From the NCBI GenBank assembly GCA_964276515.1, contig OZ193909.1:13392001-13456000 (forward strand): 64,000 nucleotides of DNA, read 5' to 3'. The DNA comes from Gordius albopunctatus (Eukaryota). The translations under genes and the position numbers were made by a program. The notes below the pieces were generated by a model that saw only the letters and a program-made list of their open reading frames with translations, was not told the DNA's origin and ran no database searches. Shown one piece after another: positions 11,022-21,903 of the stretch (position 1 is the first letter of the stretch; each line of letters opens with the position of its first letter).

Positions 11022-14000
11022 TATTCTATATTTTTTTTTGAATTGACATGCTTTATTAAATAAAAAGTATTAAATATTGAGTGGAATTAATAAAAAGATA
11101 CAAGAACGAAAACATTTTTATAAAAAAATGATTAAAACTCAATATCCGTTTCTTCATCTTTGAGAATGGGCATTGAATCCATCAAAGAATAAAAATTAGA
11201 TTTAGCGATCGCGATGGCAATTGATTGTCGTAGTAAAAAACTATTCGATATTTTACAAGGGGGCGAGCGTTTATGGAGTTCTTTAAAAAAATTAATGCGC
11301 TCTTCCCAAATGTCCCTGAGCAGGATGAGACGATAGGAATAAAAATCGAGATTTGGGATAAAGCTGAATATTTTAAGGATTTCCGATGCTCTGCCGATCC
11401 AAGGGGGTCGTGAGTATCGTTGGAGGGTCAATACAGGTGTAGTCCCATTTTAGGGAAAGGCCTTTGTCCCATGGGATAAGGGACGAAGCGTCCGGGCGCA
11501 TCCGCCCTTCGAGAGAGGGATCTGAAGGTTCAAGGATCGAAGGGACTTTTGCCCATTTGAGGGCAGCTTGAAGCAGTGTATTTATTTTTTGTTGCCTACC
11601 ATACCGGCTTTTGTTAAATTTACAATGCAGAGGGTGACGTGCTTGCTCATCTACAAGTGAATTACAAAGCCGGCAGGGGTATGAGGACGTGTATTTACAG
11701 CCCAAGCGGAGGGATATATTGTAGGAGAGGGTAGGATTCTCCAAAAACATACCCGAAAACTTACTAGGGTAAGCTTCAAGCCATTCATGTCCGGATTGGT
11801 CGAAAGCCAATGACCTAAGATTGCAATGTTGTTTGGCGTCGCATGTCGAGAGAAGGTAAGCAACGGATCGCGACACCAAACTTGCATCCAAATCTTTTTG
11901 AGCGTATGATTGTGGTATATTAGCTCCTACATTGACGTTCTCATTCCATAAGGATAGGGCTTGATTTATGGAGGGATTAAGTGGGAATGGGACAAGGTCG
12001 TTGATATGATGTTTAAAAGATAGAGAGGAAGAAATAAAGGCGGCTAGGGAAATCGCAGATGGTGAGCGAATACCTAGGCCACCGGATTTTGTGGGAAGTG
12101 TGGCTTGAAGCCAAGTATTGGTGTTAAAGGAAATATTTAAAATTGATTCAAGAGTGGATTTAAAAAAGTTTTCATAGTCGTGTAAAACTTCTTTAAATAA
12201 AAAAGCTTGCGTGGAGCGGAAGCAGAATAAAATTTTGCTAATGTTGTAATAATTTTTTATAATATAAAAAGAATGATGAGATGGCATAGATTTAAAAATG
12301 TCTAATTTGGTTTTTAAAGAAGAGAGATTTTTGTCTAAAAATTTTTTGAGGCACTCGGGTCCCCCGATAGGTGCGCCTAAAACATACAAATTGTCTTTTT
12401 TTATTTTGGCAAAGTCAAAAACTTTGGGTGAATATTATCCAAGTCAGAATATATTTCACTTTTAGAGGCGTTTAAACATAAGTTTAGAGTGGGGAAAAAA
12501 GCATGTATTACATCTAGTGCTTGGGCTAGGTTGTCAGGCAGGGGTCCCAACAAGAGTGGCGTCATCAAGATACCAGACATTAAAGGTGAGTTTACAATGT
12601 TTGTTAATTTCGTTAATTAGGTGATTTATGGCCAAGCAGAATAAAGGGGGGGGGGCCTAGAGGATCGCCTTGTTGGATCCCTTCTGCGGATTCGAGGAAG
12701 AATTCTCCAAATTTCAAAATCGAAGGGCATCCATAACTTAAAATGATGTAGTTGGTGTAGTGGGGAAACAGCTTGATAAATTCATTAATGAAAGCAGTGC
12801 GGCGAATGCTGTTGAAAGCATTTTTAAAATCCAGTTTTATAAAGGAGTCACCCGGTGGGAGGTGTTCCAGGGCCAAGCGTACGGCATGGGTAGCTATCTC
12901 GCACCCTCCTTTGACCCCAAAGCCTAGTTGATGCGGAATTAAAGTAGGGGTCAATATTGGTTTGATCGCCGAGCAAATTAATTTAGAAATAATTCTTCGA
13001 AAAACACCGCCGATAGCGATAGGCCTGGCTGAATTGTCGGCCTTCCTAATAGCTAAAAGCTTAGCTCCAAAGACTATGGGCGTTATTTCTTTAGGTATAC
13101 TCACATTGACTAAAAGGTTACAAAATTTGGTGAGTAAGTCTAATAAGATGAGGAGTTATTATTATCAATTGTTATAAGATCTTTTAAAAAAAATTGGTTT
13201 TATGCCGTCGAGACCACCTGCAGAATCCATGGGAAAGGATAAGATGGCATCTCGAATGTCTGATGACTTAAAAGCAATATCTGAAGGTTGCGAGGGCGAT
13301 AGGTAAGTAGACGATAGATTCTGGGGGTGTTTGAGAACCATTTCTTCGTATGATTTTTGTGAAGGACTCAAAAATGAATTGTCTTCTTCAAGGAATCTGA
13401 TTGCACCTTTTATGTTGAAAGCGTGAATTTTTCTAGAGATCATATTCGCTTTTTGTTTGGGAGTTAATATGTGGGATTCCTTTCTCTCCATGTTATATGC
13501 TGGAGGGCTGTTTTGACTGTCGAACTTTAAAACTGATTGTTTAATATTACGAGTGATATTTGCTTCTTTGTCTTGAGGAATGGATAAAATGTAAAAAGAG
13601 AATTTAAATAGTTTCTCCCGATAGGAAAGGTTCTGAGGGAGAGAAATAATATTGTTAAGTAAGTTTATTAAAAACTGTTGCATGCACCCCCGGGCCCCCC
13701 TTGGAATTCTGGATATGGTTGGTGGGAATGCTTGAGATAAAAAGGCTGTGCTCCATGTCATGTCATTTTTTCCATTTGTGGTATAGTAGGTTTGATGAGG
13801 TATTAGATTGATTAGGAATATCTGTACCAGAAGGACTGAGATTAGTGTTATCTTCCAATATTAAGGTTGATGGTAGACATGTAGTGTTTGGGGAAGCGAG
13901 CTTCCCCGAGGAGGGGCATTTATTGTTGGCAGGACCATGTTGTAAAAAACAATTCTTTTTGTTTAATGAGATATTTTTAAAAAGACCATTTAATATGTAT

Positions 14001-14228
14001 ATGAATTTTATCAGACAAAAAAGAATTTATTCATGTCAAAACTGATGATTTATTGTAAGACTCAGAGTAATTATGAGTGGAAGGATAAAGGACAACCTTA
14101 AGGATAGAGTAAGTGGCATTGCAGTTGTTTAAAAAAAATTTGTTACCTTGGTTAGATAATTTATTTTGTAAAAGATACTAGATTGCATATTGTAAATGTT
14201 GGTTGTAATTGTTAAAAAGTTGCCTGAT
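11022..14228 (-). mobile_element. CRE-clade non-LTR retrotransposon (RT + CCHC + restriction-like endonuclease), ORF broken by several frameshifts
   Basis: ORF pieces 13165-13761, 12613-13104, 11373-12389, 11132-11431 with RPIAIGGVFRR, QLGFGVKGGCE, KLDFKNAFNS, GIQQGDPLGP, VWYLDD (about 12560-12579), LGAPIG, QATLPTKSGGLG, CRLC..H..HC and RPD..WD; AATAAA (11052-11057, minus) and short poly(A) (11031-11039) at the 3' end. Confidence 0.88.
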
Positions 14229-14279
14229 AGTTGCGCACTATCATCCTGGAGTAGGTTGCATTAAAGCGCGTTTTTTACT
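14229..14279 (+). repeat. 51-bp direct repeat, copy 2
   Basis: Identical to 10971-11021. Confidence 0.92.
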
Positions 14280-14837
14280 AACTTTTTACTTACTCTATTT
14301 AAACCCGACAGGTACCAGTGTAACCTTTAGGTGACGCAACTTTAGAGCCACTTTTATCAAAAACTACTGAAGATAAAAACATTTTTTTAAATTAAATTTG
14401 AAAGATTGGATTGGGATAAATCATCTGATACAATTTTATTACTTCATCTTCATTGGTTGCTGAATTATAATCGTTCAAAAATCGTAAAAATCGCAGTTCC
14501 GACCTGCCTTCTTATATTTATGGCTACCTAGGCAATTTGAATAAAGCAACTCACATCGGTTACCTAGGAAAAAAACTTAACCTTTATTATTCAAGTATTC
14601 ATACACCTTAATCATAAAAATGAATACATTCAAGTATTTGAATGTCTGACATTTCAACGTTATTATTCACACAAATAACCTCGCCAGATGTGTATATAAA
14701 CTCGATTTTTGAAAAGTATTTATTCATTTTGTTTTGCTTTCTATTATTTGGAAATAAAATAGTTGTTTGTTCTCCTACATTTCTTTGTTTAATAAATACT
14801 ATATTTATTTTACTATATAGGACTAAAGCAGCAACAA

Positions 14838-15653
14838 ATGGTGACCCCGACTCCGAAAATGGAAACTAAACAAATGGATGAAGATTCAACTGGGGAAAAT
14901 TCGATATACTTCAAGCTACCCACGTTTAACACCTTAAATCCAAGACATTGGTTTATTCAAATTGAATCTCTCTTTAAAATACGAAAAATTAAAAGTGAAT
15001 TTACCAAATTAGGTTACCTAATTGAAAACCTTCCTCATGAGGTCACGACAGAAATACAAGACCTTTTAGAAAACATTCCAACCGAAGTTCCGTTTACTAC
15101 CCTCAAGGAGGCTATAATTACACGCACATCCAGGAGTGATACGCTGCGCCTTCATGATCTTCTTACTAACATAGAATTGGGTGACCGAACACCATCTCAG
15201 CTATTACGTTATATGAAAAACTTATTAGGTAAACATACAATGGACGATACAATACTAAAACAACTCTGGATGGATAAACTACCAACCACAATGACCGGTA
15301 TACTATCTATTTTTGCCCAAGACCAATCTCCCACAAAATTGGCAGAAACTGCAGATAAGATAGCTGCTACATACCACGTAAACCCAATAATTAATTCTCT
15401 AAATCCTAATCTGAATAAAGAGTTGGAGGAACTTAAAGAGCTCGTTAAAAACCTAAATATCACAGTAGACACACTAACAAGAGATATACAAAAATTACGA
15501 ACACGTTCTTTTTCAAGACATCGATCCTATTCCCGTCACGCACGCACCACAAAGACAAACGAGCCTACTCTATGCTGGTATCACCATAAATTCCAAGACA
15601 AGGCCACTAAATGTATAGAACCTTGTAAATTCCAACAAAGAGAGTCAAACTAA
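14838..15653 (+). CDS. gag: Gag-like protein, 271 aa
   Basis: [16 protein letters not shown] start, [11 protein letters not shown]-terminal CWYHHKF...KCIEPC knuckle typical of this Gypsy group. Confidence 0.9.
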   Translation: MVTPTPKMETKQMDEDSTGENSIYFKLPTFNTLNPRHWFIQIESLFKIRKIKSEFTKLGYLIENLPHEVTTEIQDLLENIPTEVPFTTLKEAIITRTSRSDTLRLHDLLTNIELGDRTPSQLLRYMKNLLGKHTMDDTILKQLWMDKLPTTMTGILSIFAQDQSPTKLAETADKIAATYHVNPIINSLNPNLNKELEELKELVKNLNITVDTLTRDIQKLRTRSFSRHRSYSRHARTTKTNEPTLCWYHHKFQDKATKCIEPCKFQQRESN

Positions 15654-18600
15654 TAGGCCAGCCAGCAAAAGCGACGCCTGGCAACGACCTTAAAAAAACA
15701 AGTCGCTTATTTTACATATACGATAATTCTTCTACTATGAATTTTTTAGTCGACACCGGCGCAGAAATTAGTGTAATACCGGCAACCAAACACGAAAGAC
15801 TTAATTGTTCCAATATACAACTTCAAGCTGCCAATGCAAGCACCATAAAAACTTTTGGCCAAAAATTGTTAAGATTAGACCTAGGCTGTAAACGATCATA
15901 TCAATGGATTTTTACAATAGCCGACGTAAAGTTCCCAATATTAGGAGCTGATTTTTTAACTAATTTTAACTTTATTATTAATATTTCAAAAAAACAACTG
16001 ATCGAATCACCAATTACACCGGTCAAAGAGATTGCTGTAAACTCACAATTAGCTGTAGTAAATCCTCCGGAATTTAATTGGCTATTAAAAAAATTTCCAG
16101 CTGTTTTCAAACCTACAGTATATACACCAAAAGTAAAACATAATACACAACATCATATAGAATCAAAAGGACCTCCAATATTCTCCAAACCAAGACGGTT
16201 AAATGAGGAGAAACTTAAGGTAGCAAAAAAGGAATTCATGCACATGTTGAATTCAGGCATCATCAGAGCATCCAATAGCTGCTGGGCTTCACCACTCCAC
16301 ATGGTACCAAAAAAGAACAATGAGTGGAGACCATGTGGAGATTATCGAGCCCTCAAAATAAAAACAATTCCCGATCGTTATCCTCTACCCCACATACATG
16401 ATTTTTCCCTCTCATTGAAAGGAAAAAGTATATTAACTAAAATAGATTTAATAAGAGCTTATCATCAAATACCAATGACACCTGAAGACATCAAAAAAAC
16501 CGCCATCACAACCCCTTTCGTTCTTTTTGAATTTTTACGCATGCCTTTTGGGCTCAGAAATGCCGCACAATCATTTCAAAGATTCATAGATAATGTTCTC
16601 AGAGGATTGAATAACACATTTACTTATTTGGATGACATCTTAATTGCCAGTTCTTCTCTAACAGAACACAAAATCCACGTCGAACAGGTAATCCAACGAT
16701 TATTCGATAATGGTATAAATGTCAACTTACAAAAATGTAAATGGGGTGTAAAGGAAATTGAATTTTTAGGACACATCGTCACGTCTCAAGAGTTAAAACC
16801 TATACCCGATAAAATAGACACAATTGATAAATTTCCGATCCCAACTACAATGACACAATTGAGAAGATTTATTGGCATGATAAATTTTTATCGACGGTTT
16901 ATTCCTAAATGTGCAGATATCCTCAAACCCTTAACCGATCAACTTGACGACACCAAAAGACCAATAGAGTTAGCACAAGAAGCAAAGGAAGCAATTATTC
17001 AGGCAAAAAAGGCTCTTAAACAAATAACTAGTCTATCTCATTTAGACGAAAGGAACAAAATATCACTTACTACGGACGCTTCAAATTACGCCGTAGGAGG
17101 AGTTCTTCAACAACAAACTTCAAACGGTGATATTCTACCGCTCGCTTTCTTCTCAAAGAAACTTTCACTAACTCAAACACGCTATAGCACCTTCAGCCGA
17201 GAACTACTGGCCATTTATCTTATGATAAAACATTACAACCATGTTCTCGAAGGACGACATTTCACAGTATATACTGACCACAAACCCTTAACTTATGCAC
17301 TTAAGGCAAAGTCAGACAAATACTCTCCTCGTGAAATTCGTCAACTGGACTACATATCCCAATTCACATCGGACATCCAATATATCCGAGGTAACACAAA
17401 CATTGTGGCCGATACGCTGTCACGTACAGACATTGATACAATCCAACTCCTAGCATCACAGTCATTGCTGGAACTAATAGCTACGAGACAAAAACTTGAA
17501 AATTACACAAACGATGAAATGAAATCCTTAATATTGGAACAATTCCCAATACCAGATTCCAAACAAAATATCATTTGTGATGTCTCTCAAGCAACGCCTC
17601 GACCCCTGGTACCTGCTACCTTGCGACAAACAGTTTTTAATCAATATCACGGATTATCACATCCGGGTATCAATTCAACCTTAAAACTTATTTCAAAACG
17701 TTTTGTCTGGCCTAAAATGAATCATGATGTACGAAGATGGGCTCAGCAATGTCATAATTGCCAGGTCAGCAAAATACATAAACATGTTGTTTCTACGCCA
17801 GGTACATTTAACCAACCAGATGCTCGTTTCAGCCATGTCCACATAGACATCGTTGGCCCCTTACCACCATCCAATGGTTACAACTACATTTTTACAGCCA
17901 TAGATAGATACACCCGGTGGCCAATAGCAATACCTATAAAAGATACCTCTGCCGAAACCGTAAGTAATACATTTTTAACACATTGGATAGCAAACTTCGG
18001 CGTCCCAAGCACGATAACTACCGACAGAGGATCGCAGTTTCGTTCAACGCTATTTCGACAATTTTCCCAACTTCTTGGTTATCATCACATAACTACAACT
18101 GCCTATAACCCACAAGCCAATGGGCTGGTTGAACGTTTCCACCGTCAATTAAAGGGTTCAATCATGGCAAAAAACAACACTAACAAATGGTCCGAATCAC
18201 TTCCGTTGATATTACTAGGCATTAGAACGACAATCAAAGAAGATCTAGCCTGTTCTAGTGCTGAACTAGTATATGGGACTACCTTACGTCTTCCGGGAGA
18301 CTTCATACAACATTCGTCACTCGACAGCAATGCTAGCGAGTTTGTACAACGCCTTAGACAACATTTCGACAACGTACGTTTTTCACCACCACGTCAACCT
18401 AACACTAAACAACAAATCCCTACCGATTTGTTTTCTTCACCTTACATTTTTATCAGAACTGATAAAGTTCGAAAAAGCTTATCCCCACCATATGAAGGCC
18501 CTTTCAAAGTTATTGATAGACAAACTAAATACTTTGTAGTAGACAGAAACGGGAAACATGATAACATTTCTATCGATCGGTTAAAACCAGCTTATACTGA

Positions 18601-18769
18601 ATCAGTCAACCATACTGAACCACTCTTAAAAGGCCCGCTTATTCAAACCAAACCTTCCACCTCTACGTCCACAACAACCTCAACGAACACTACAACAAAT
18701 CATACAACAACAAAATCAGGAGGAAAAGTGCATTGGCCAGTTAAATTAGCTGAATACATATATTTTTAG
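15650..18769 (+). CDS. pol: Pol polyprotein (PR-RT-RNaseH-IN) in the -1 frame relative to gag
   Basis: FLVDTGA protease, YLDD RT, TDAS/YTDHKPL RNase H, HHCC and D-D-E integrase (HIDIVG, TDRGSQF, GLVERFH); frame is open from the gag stop region (LIGQPAK...SRLFYIYD). Confidence 0.95.
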   Translation, partial: LIGQPAKATPGNDLKKTSRLFYIYDNSSTMNFLVDTGAEISVIPATKHERLNCSNIQLQAANASTIKTFGQKLLRLDLGCKRSYQWIFTIADVKFPILGADFLTNFNFIINISKKQLIESPITPVKEIAVNSQLAVVNPPEFNWLLKKFPAVFKPTVYTPKVKHNTQHHIESKGPPIFSKPRRLNEEKLKVAKKEFMHMLNSGIIRASNSCWASPLHMVPKKNNEWRPCGDYRALKIKTIPDRYPLPHIHDFSLSLKGKSILTKIDLIRAYHQIPMTPEDIKKTAITTPFVLFEFLRMPFGLRNAAQSFQRFIDNVLRGLNNTFTYLDDILIASSSLTEHKIHVEQVIQRLFDNGINVNLQKCKWGVKEIEFLGHIVTSQELKPIPDKIDTIDKFPIPTTMTQLRRFIGMINFYRRFIPKCADILKPLTDQLDDTKRPIELAQEAKEAIIQAKKALKQITSLSHLDERNKISLTTDASNYAVGGVLQQQTSNGDILPLAFFSKKLSLTQTRYSTFSRELLAIYLMIKHYNHVLEGRHFTVYTDHKPLTYALKAKSDKYSPREIRQLDYISQFTSDIQYIRGNTNIVADTLSRTDIDTIQLLASQSLLELIATRQKLENYTNDEMKSLILEQFPIPDSKQNIICDVSQATPRPLVPATLRQTVFNQYHGLSHPGINSTLKLISKRFVWPKMNHDVRRWAQQCHNCQVSKIHKHVVSTPGTFNQPDARFSHVHIDIVGPLPPSNGYNYIFTAIDRYTRWPIAIPIKDTSAETVSNTFLTHWIANFGVPSTITTDRGSQFRSTLFRQFSQLLGYHHITTTAYNPQANGLVERFHRQLKGSIMAKNNTNKWSESLPLILLGIRTTIKEDLACSSAELVYGTTLRLPGDFIQHSSLDSNASEFVQRLRQHFDNVRFSPPRQPNTKQQIPTDLFSSPYIFIRTDKVRKSLSPPYEGPFKVIDRQTKYFVVDRNGKHDNISIDRLKPAYTESVNHTEPLLKGPLIQTKPSTSTSTTTSTNTTTNHTTTKSGGKVHWPVKLAEYIYF

Positions 18770-19235
18770 CACTCCTTGCAAACTGGAGGGGGAATTATAT
18801 GGTTACCTAGCCAATTTGAATAAAGCAACTCACATCGGTTACCTAGGAAAAAAACTTAACCTTTATTATTCAAGTATTCATACACCTTAATCATAAAAAT
18901 GAATACATTCAAGTATTTGAATGTCTGACATTTCAACGTTATTACTCGCCAGATGTGTATATAAACTCGATTTTTGAAAAGTATTTATTCATTTTGTTTT
19001 GCTTTCTATTATTTGGAAATAAAATAGTTGTTTGTTCTCCTACATTTCTTTGTTTAATAAATACTATATTTATTTTACTATATAGGACTAAAGCAGCAAC
19101 ATATTCAATATCTATGTACACTTAACAATAAGTTTTTGCAAATTAAATTACATATTTAAAATCTGTATAATTTTTCCAACATTTTGATAGTAATTTAAAA
19201 TTTATATGATTACTATAAAGACTTTAAAATTTGCC

Positions 19236-21058
19236 TTAAAGATGAACGTCCCCTAAAGGTTACACTGGGCAGAGCTTATGTGCCCAACGCAACCTTTTTA
19301 ATGATTTAATTATAAGACTATGAATCGATTAATGATTTTTTTTATATTTATCTTTGCAAAAGTACATAGTATAAAGGGGGTAGGAGTAGAATAGTCAAGA
19401 ATATTCCATTTTCTCTGATTTTTGATAGGAAAAATGTCAGATACATGATATGTATAGATAAAATTGTACCACCTAATATGCCAAATACGGCTAAAATTAC
19501 TTACATTTGATAATTTTAAAGCGGCCTTAGATAGATGTCTACATTTCTATAATTCATTTTGATTTTATAATACTTTTATAAAATTTACCCATGATTTTAA
19601 TGGTAGATGGTGGACTTTTTAAAACTTAGTCCCATTTCAGGTTTGTAGCAATAAGTCCGCCCTTATAAAAAGTTAAAAGAGATCGAAAATAGAATTATGA
19701 CTGTCGTTACTCCCATTCAAATAATATAAAAGTTTGATTGCTTTAGATCTTTAATTTATATGCAAAAAATACACCAATAATTTAAAATTAACGATAGAGA
19801 ATTTAAAAGTTATCTAATTTCTCTCAAAAATGTCTAAATGTTTTGAAAACTTAAGAAGCCCTATTTTTCAATTAAATAATATCTAATGGTATACTAATAA
19901 ATCGGTTTCAAGACATCAACTCTAAACAACACACAAATTTTCCAAGGTTTGAGATTTTCTGGTTATTCTAAATGATAGGTTCAATTAAATAGTGTAACCC
20001 ATTTAAATGAATAAATCCATGGTGCTTTTTATGGACATCATACAGCAAAGAAATTTATAAAAGGTAAGCCTTTTAGATTTCGCTTTAAGATATACCTAGT
20101 GTTAGGTCCCTAAAAGCGGCTATACAGTACCAAGAGGCCACGTTATTGTTGTCGGGTAAAATGAAAGAGGATTAGGGAGCTGTCACAGATGACTTAGCTG
20201 CCTTTCAATTTTGTCTCTTTTAATGTATATTCTAAATATACCTTTATAATTGCTTAATTATTAAATCGTCTTTCAAAAGTGAATATTGGAGATTTGAAAA
20301 CAGTGCGCTTAAATCGTTTCAAGTGCCTATTGATCGATATAGAATCCCCGATAATCATAACGAAGCTTTTTAATTGTTAAATCTATTACCTGCAGTAGAA
20401 TCACGCCTCTTTAAAAGTCCAGGAAAATACTTTTCAATGCCCATAGTTATGTAATAAGTTTATGGGCGGTGTAAAATGCTCTGATTAAAATGTTGATGCC
20501 ACAAAAGTATCTTTTCGGGGCAGAAATTGGTCCCATTATTTAGATTATATGTCGCTTATTACAATGCCTGCCAGCATGGGCCTAGGGCAAGGAGGGGCGG
20601 CTGCCCCCTTCTGAATCCAAAAATTTGTTTAAATTTATTAAAATTATGGGTGAAATTCAAAAAATGATCATGCCGTCCCTAAATCATTATTGCCCCTCTC
20701 TAATTCCAATCCTCACTACGCCCATGCCTGCCGCTCTATTGTCTAAACAAAGTCATCAAACTCTGCAGTTTTTAAAAATTAATTGTCCAAATTGTTGTTT
20801 AAAATACGGCCGACTTCCTGAAGTGAACTCAAAATCTTACTTTCCCAAAGTCAGCGACGACTCAACGGCTCTGCTCTGTATGCACCTAAGAAACCAGAAT
20901 TTTATGCCCATATTGAAATATCCGACCTCACATTTATTGTTGATGATCATTCCAATATAATTAACTAACTTTTTCCACTTATCTTAGTTGTTTAATAAAA
21001 ATTTAAAATTTGCCTATTTTTATGCCACCCAGTGTAACCTTTAGGTGACACCCCTTTA
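19236..21058 (+). mobile_element. Decayed piggyBac-type DNA transposon
   Basis: Inverted repeats GTCCCCTAAAGGTTACACTGGG (19248-19269) / CCCAGTGTAACCTTTAGGTGAC (21028-21049); TTAA at 19236; broken transposase remnants SMV..YGHHTAKKFIKGKPFRF (about 20015-20090) and NKFMGGV (about 20455-20473). Confidence 0.7.
20575..20726. mobile_element. hAT-type MITE (CATGGGCGTAGCC family)
   Basis: CATGGGCCTAG / CTACGCCCATG ends; TSD CCTGCCAG/CCTGCCGC; nested in the piggyBac relic. Confidence 0.75.
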
Positions 21059-21903
21059 TTTCCGGAACTAGGCAATTTTTCCAGAATTTTTAAATTGTTT
21101 AGTCATCTAGAGCATATTGAAATGTCCCACAAAATTTTTTATATAAATTGGTTCGGCCGAACCGTTAGTGGTACCCTTATTGGATGGCAACATAATTTCT
21201 TATTAAAAATCAAAGCATAAATTTATTAGTGTTGAATTAAATTTAATAAACTTGTTCCTAATTATTTTCAACAAAAATTTTAATTTAAATAGTAAAATAC
21301 ACAATAAAAATAAACAAAATCAATAAAAAATTTAGGATATTTTATGAATTAAAACAAAGAATTTCATTTAATATTACTCAATTTTTTTTTAAATTGCCAA
21401 AGGATTATGACAAAAAAGCAATGAATCGCAAGCAGAGACTAATAAAAAACAATTTTTTAAGTGTAATTGTAAAGGAAGTGCTAACCAAATCATTTTCACC
21501 CAACCCTACTCAACATAAATTTTACTATCGCCAAAATCAGCCCCCACTTAAAAATCATATTAAGATTTTCGGCCGAAAATGTTAAATTTTCACTTTTGCT
21601 TATCCATTACACTTTGAGATCCCAAAATTGGACATTATCAACCCCAAACGCCGATGCAAAAAGATTGAAGCACTGGCAACAATTGATAGCATTTAAGCGT
21701 TAATTACTTAAAATTCGATGAAAAAAGGTTGAACTTCACTTGTATGTACAATTGTTGCATATAATCATTTATAAGTTTGACAACAATGATATTTTACGCG
21801 TTTTATTTCTCTATGGGCAAATAATGGTAAAATTGTAAAATGTAATGTTATCAACAAAATGCCCACTTTCAGCTGGAGGATTTTATAAATTAGATCATTC
21901 AGC

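Larger units (their letters stand above)
14519..19101 (+). mobile_element. Full-length Ty3/Gypsy LTR retrotransposon
   Basis: LTRs 14519-14836 and 18798-19101; 4-bp TSD TATT (14515-14518, 19102-19105); PBS TGGTGACCCCGAC (14839-14851, complementary to the tRNA-Trp 3' end); PPT GGAGGGGGAA (18785-18794); gag and pol ORFs. Confidence 0.96.

Noticed and set aside
14221..14279. Match of the 51-bp repeat to U2 snRNA 3' end, pistol, twister, hammerhead or HDV ribozymes
   Set aside because: Only partial resemblance (e.g. TGCA..CTCCAGGA; TTGC..TTAA); required helices and catalytic nucleotides could not be placed.
14280..14400. Spliced-leader RNA gene (CAG|GTACC after a T-rich stretch)
   Set aside because: Overlaps the transposon inverted repeat; no convincing Sm site or stem-loops.
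14315..19269. Single TIR element enclosing the Gypsy
   Set aside because: No TSD on these flanks; 19248 pairs better with 21049 around the piggyBac remnants.
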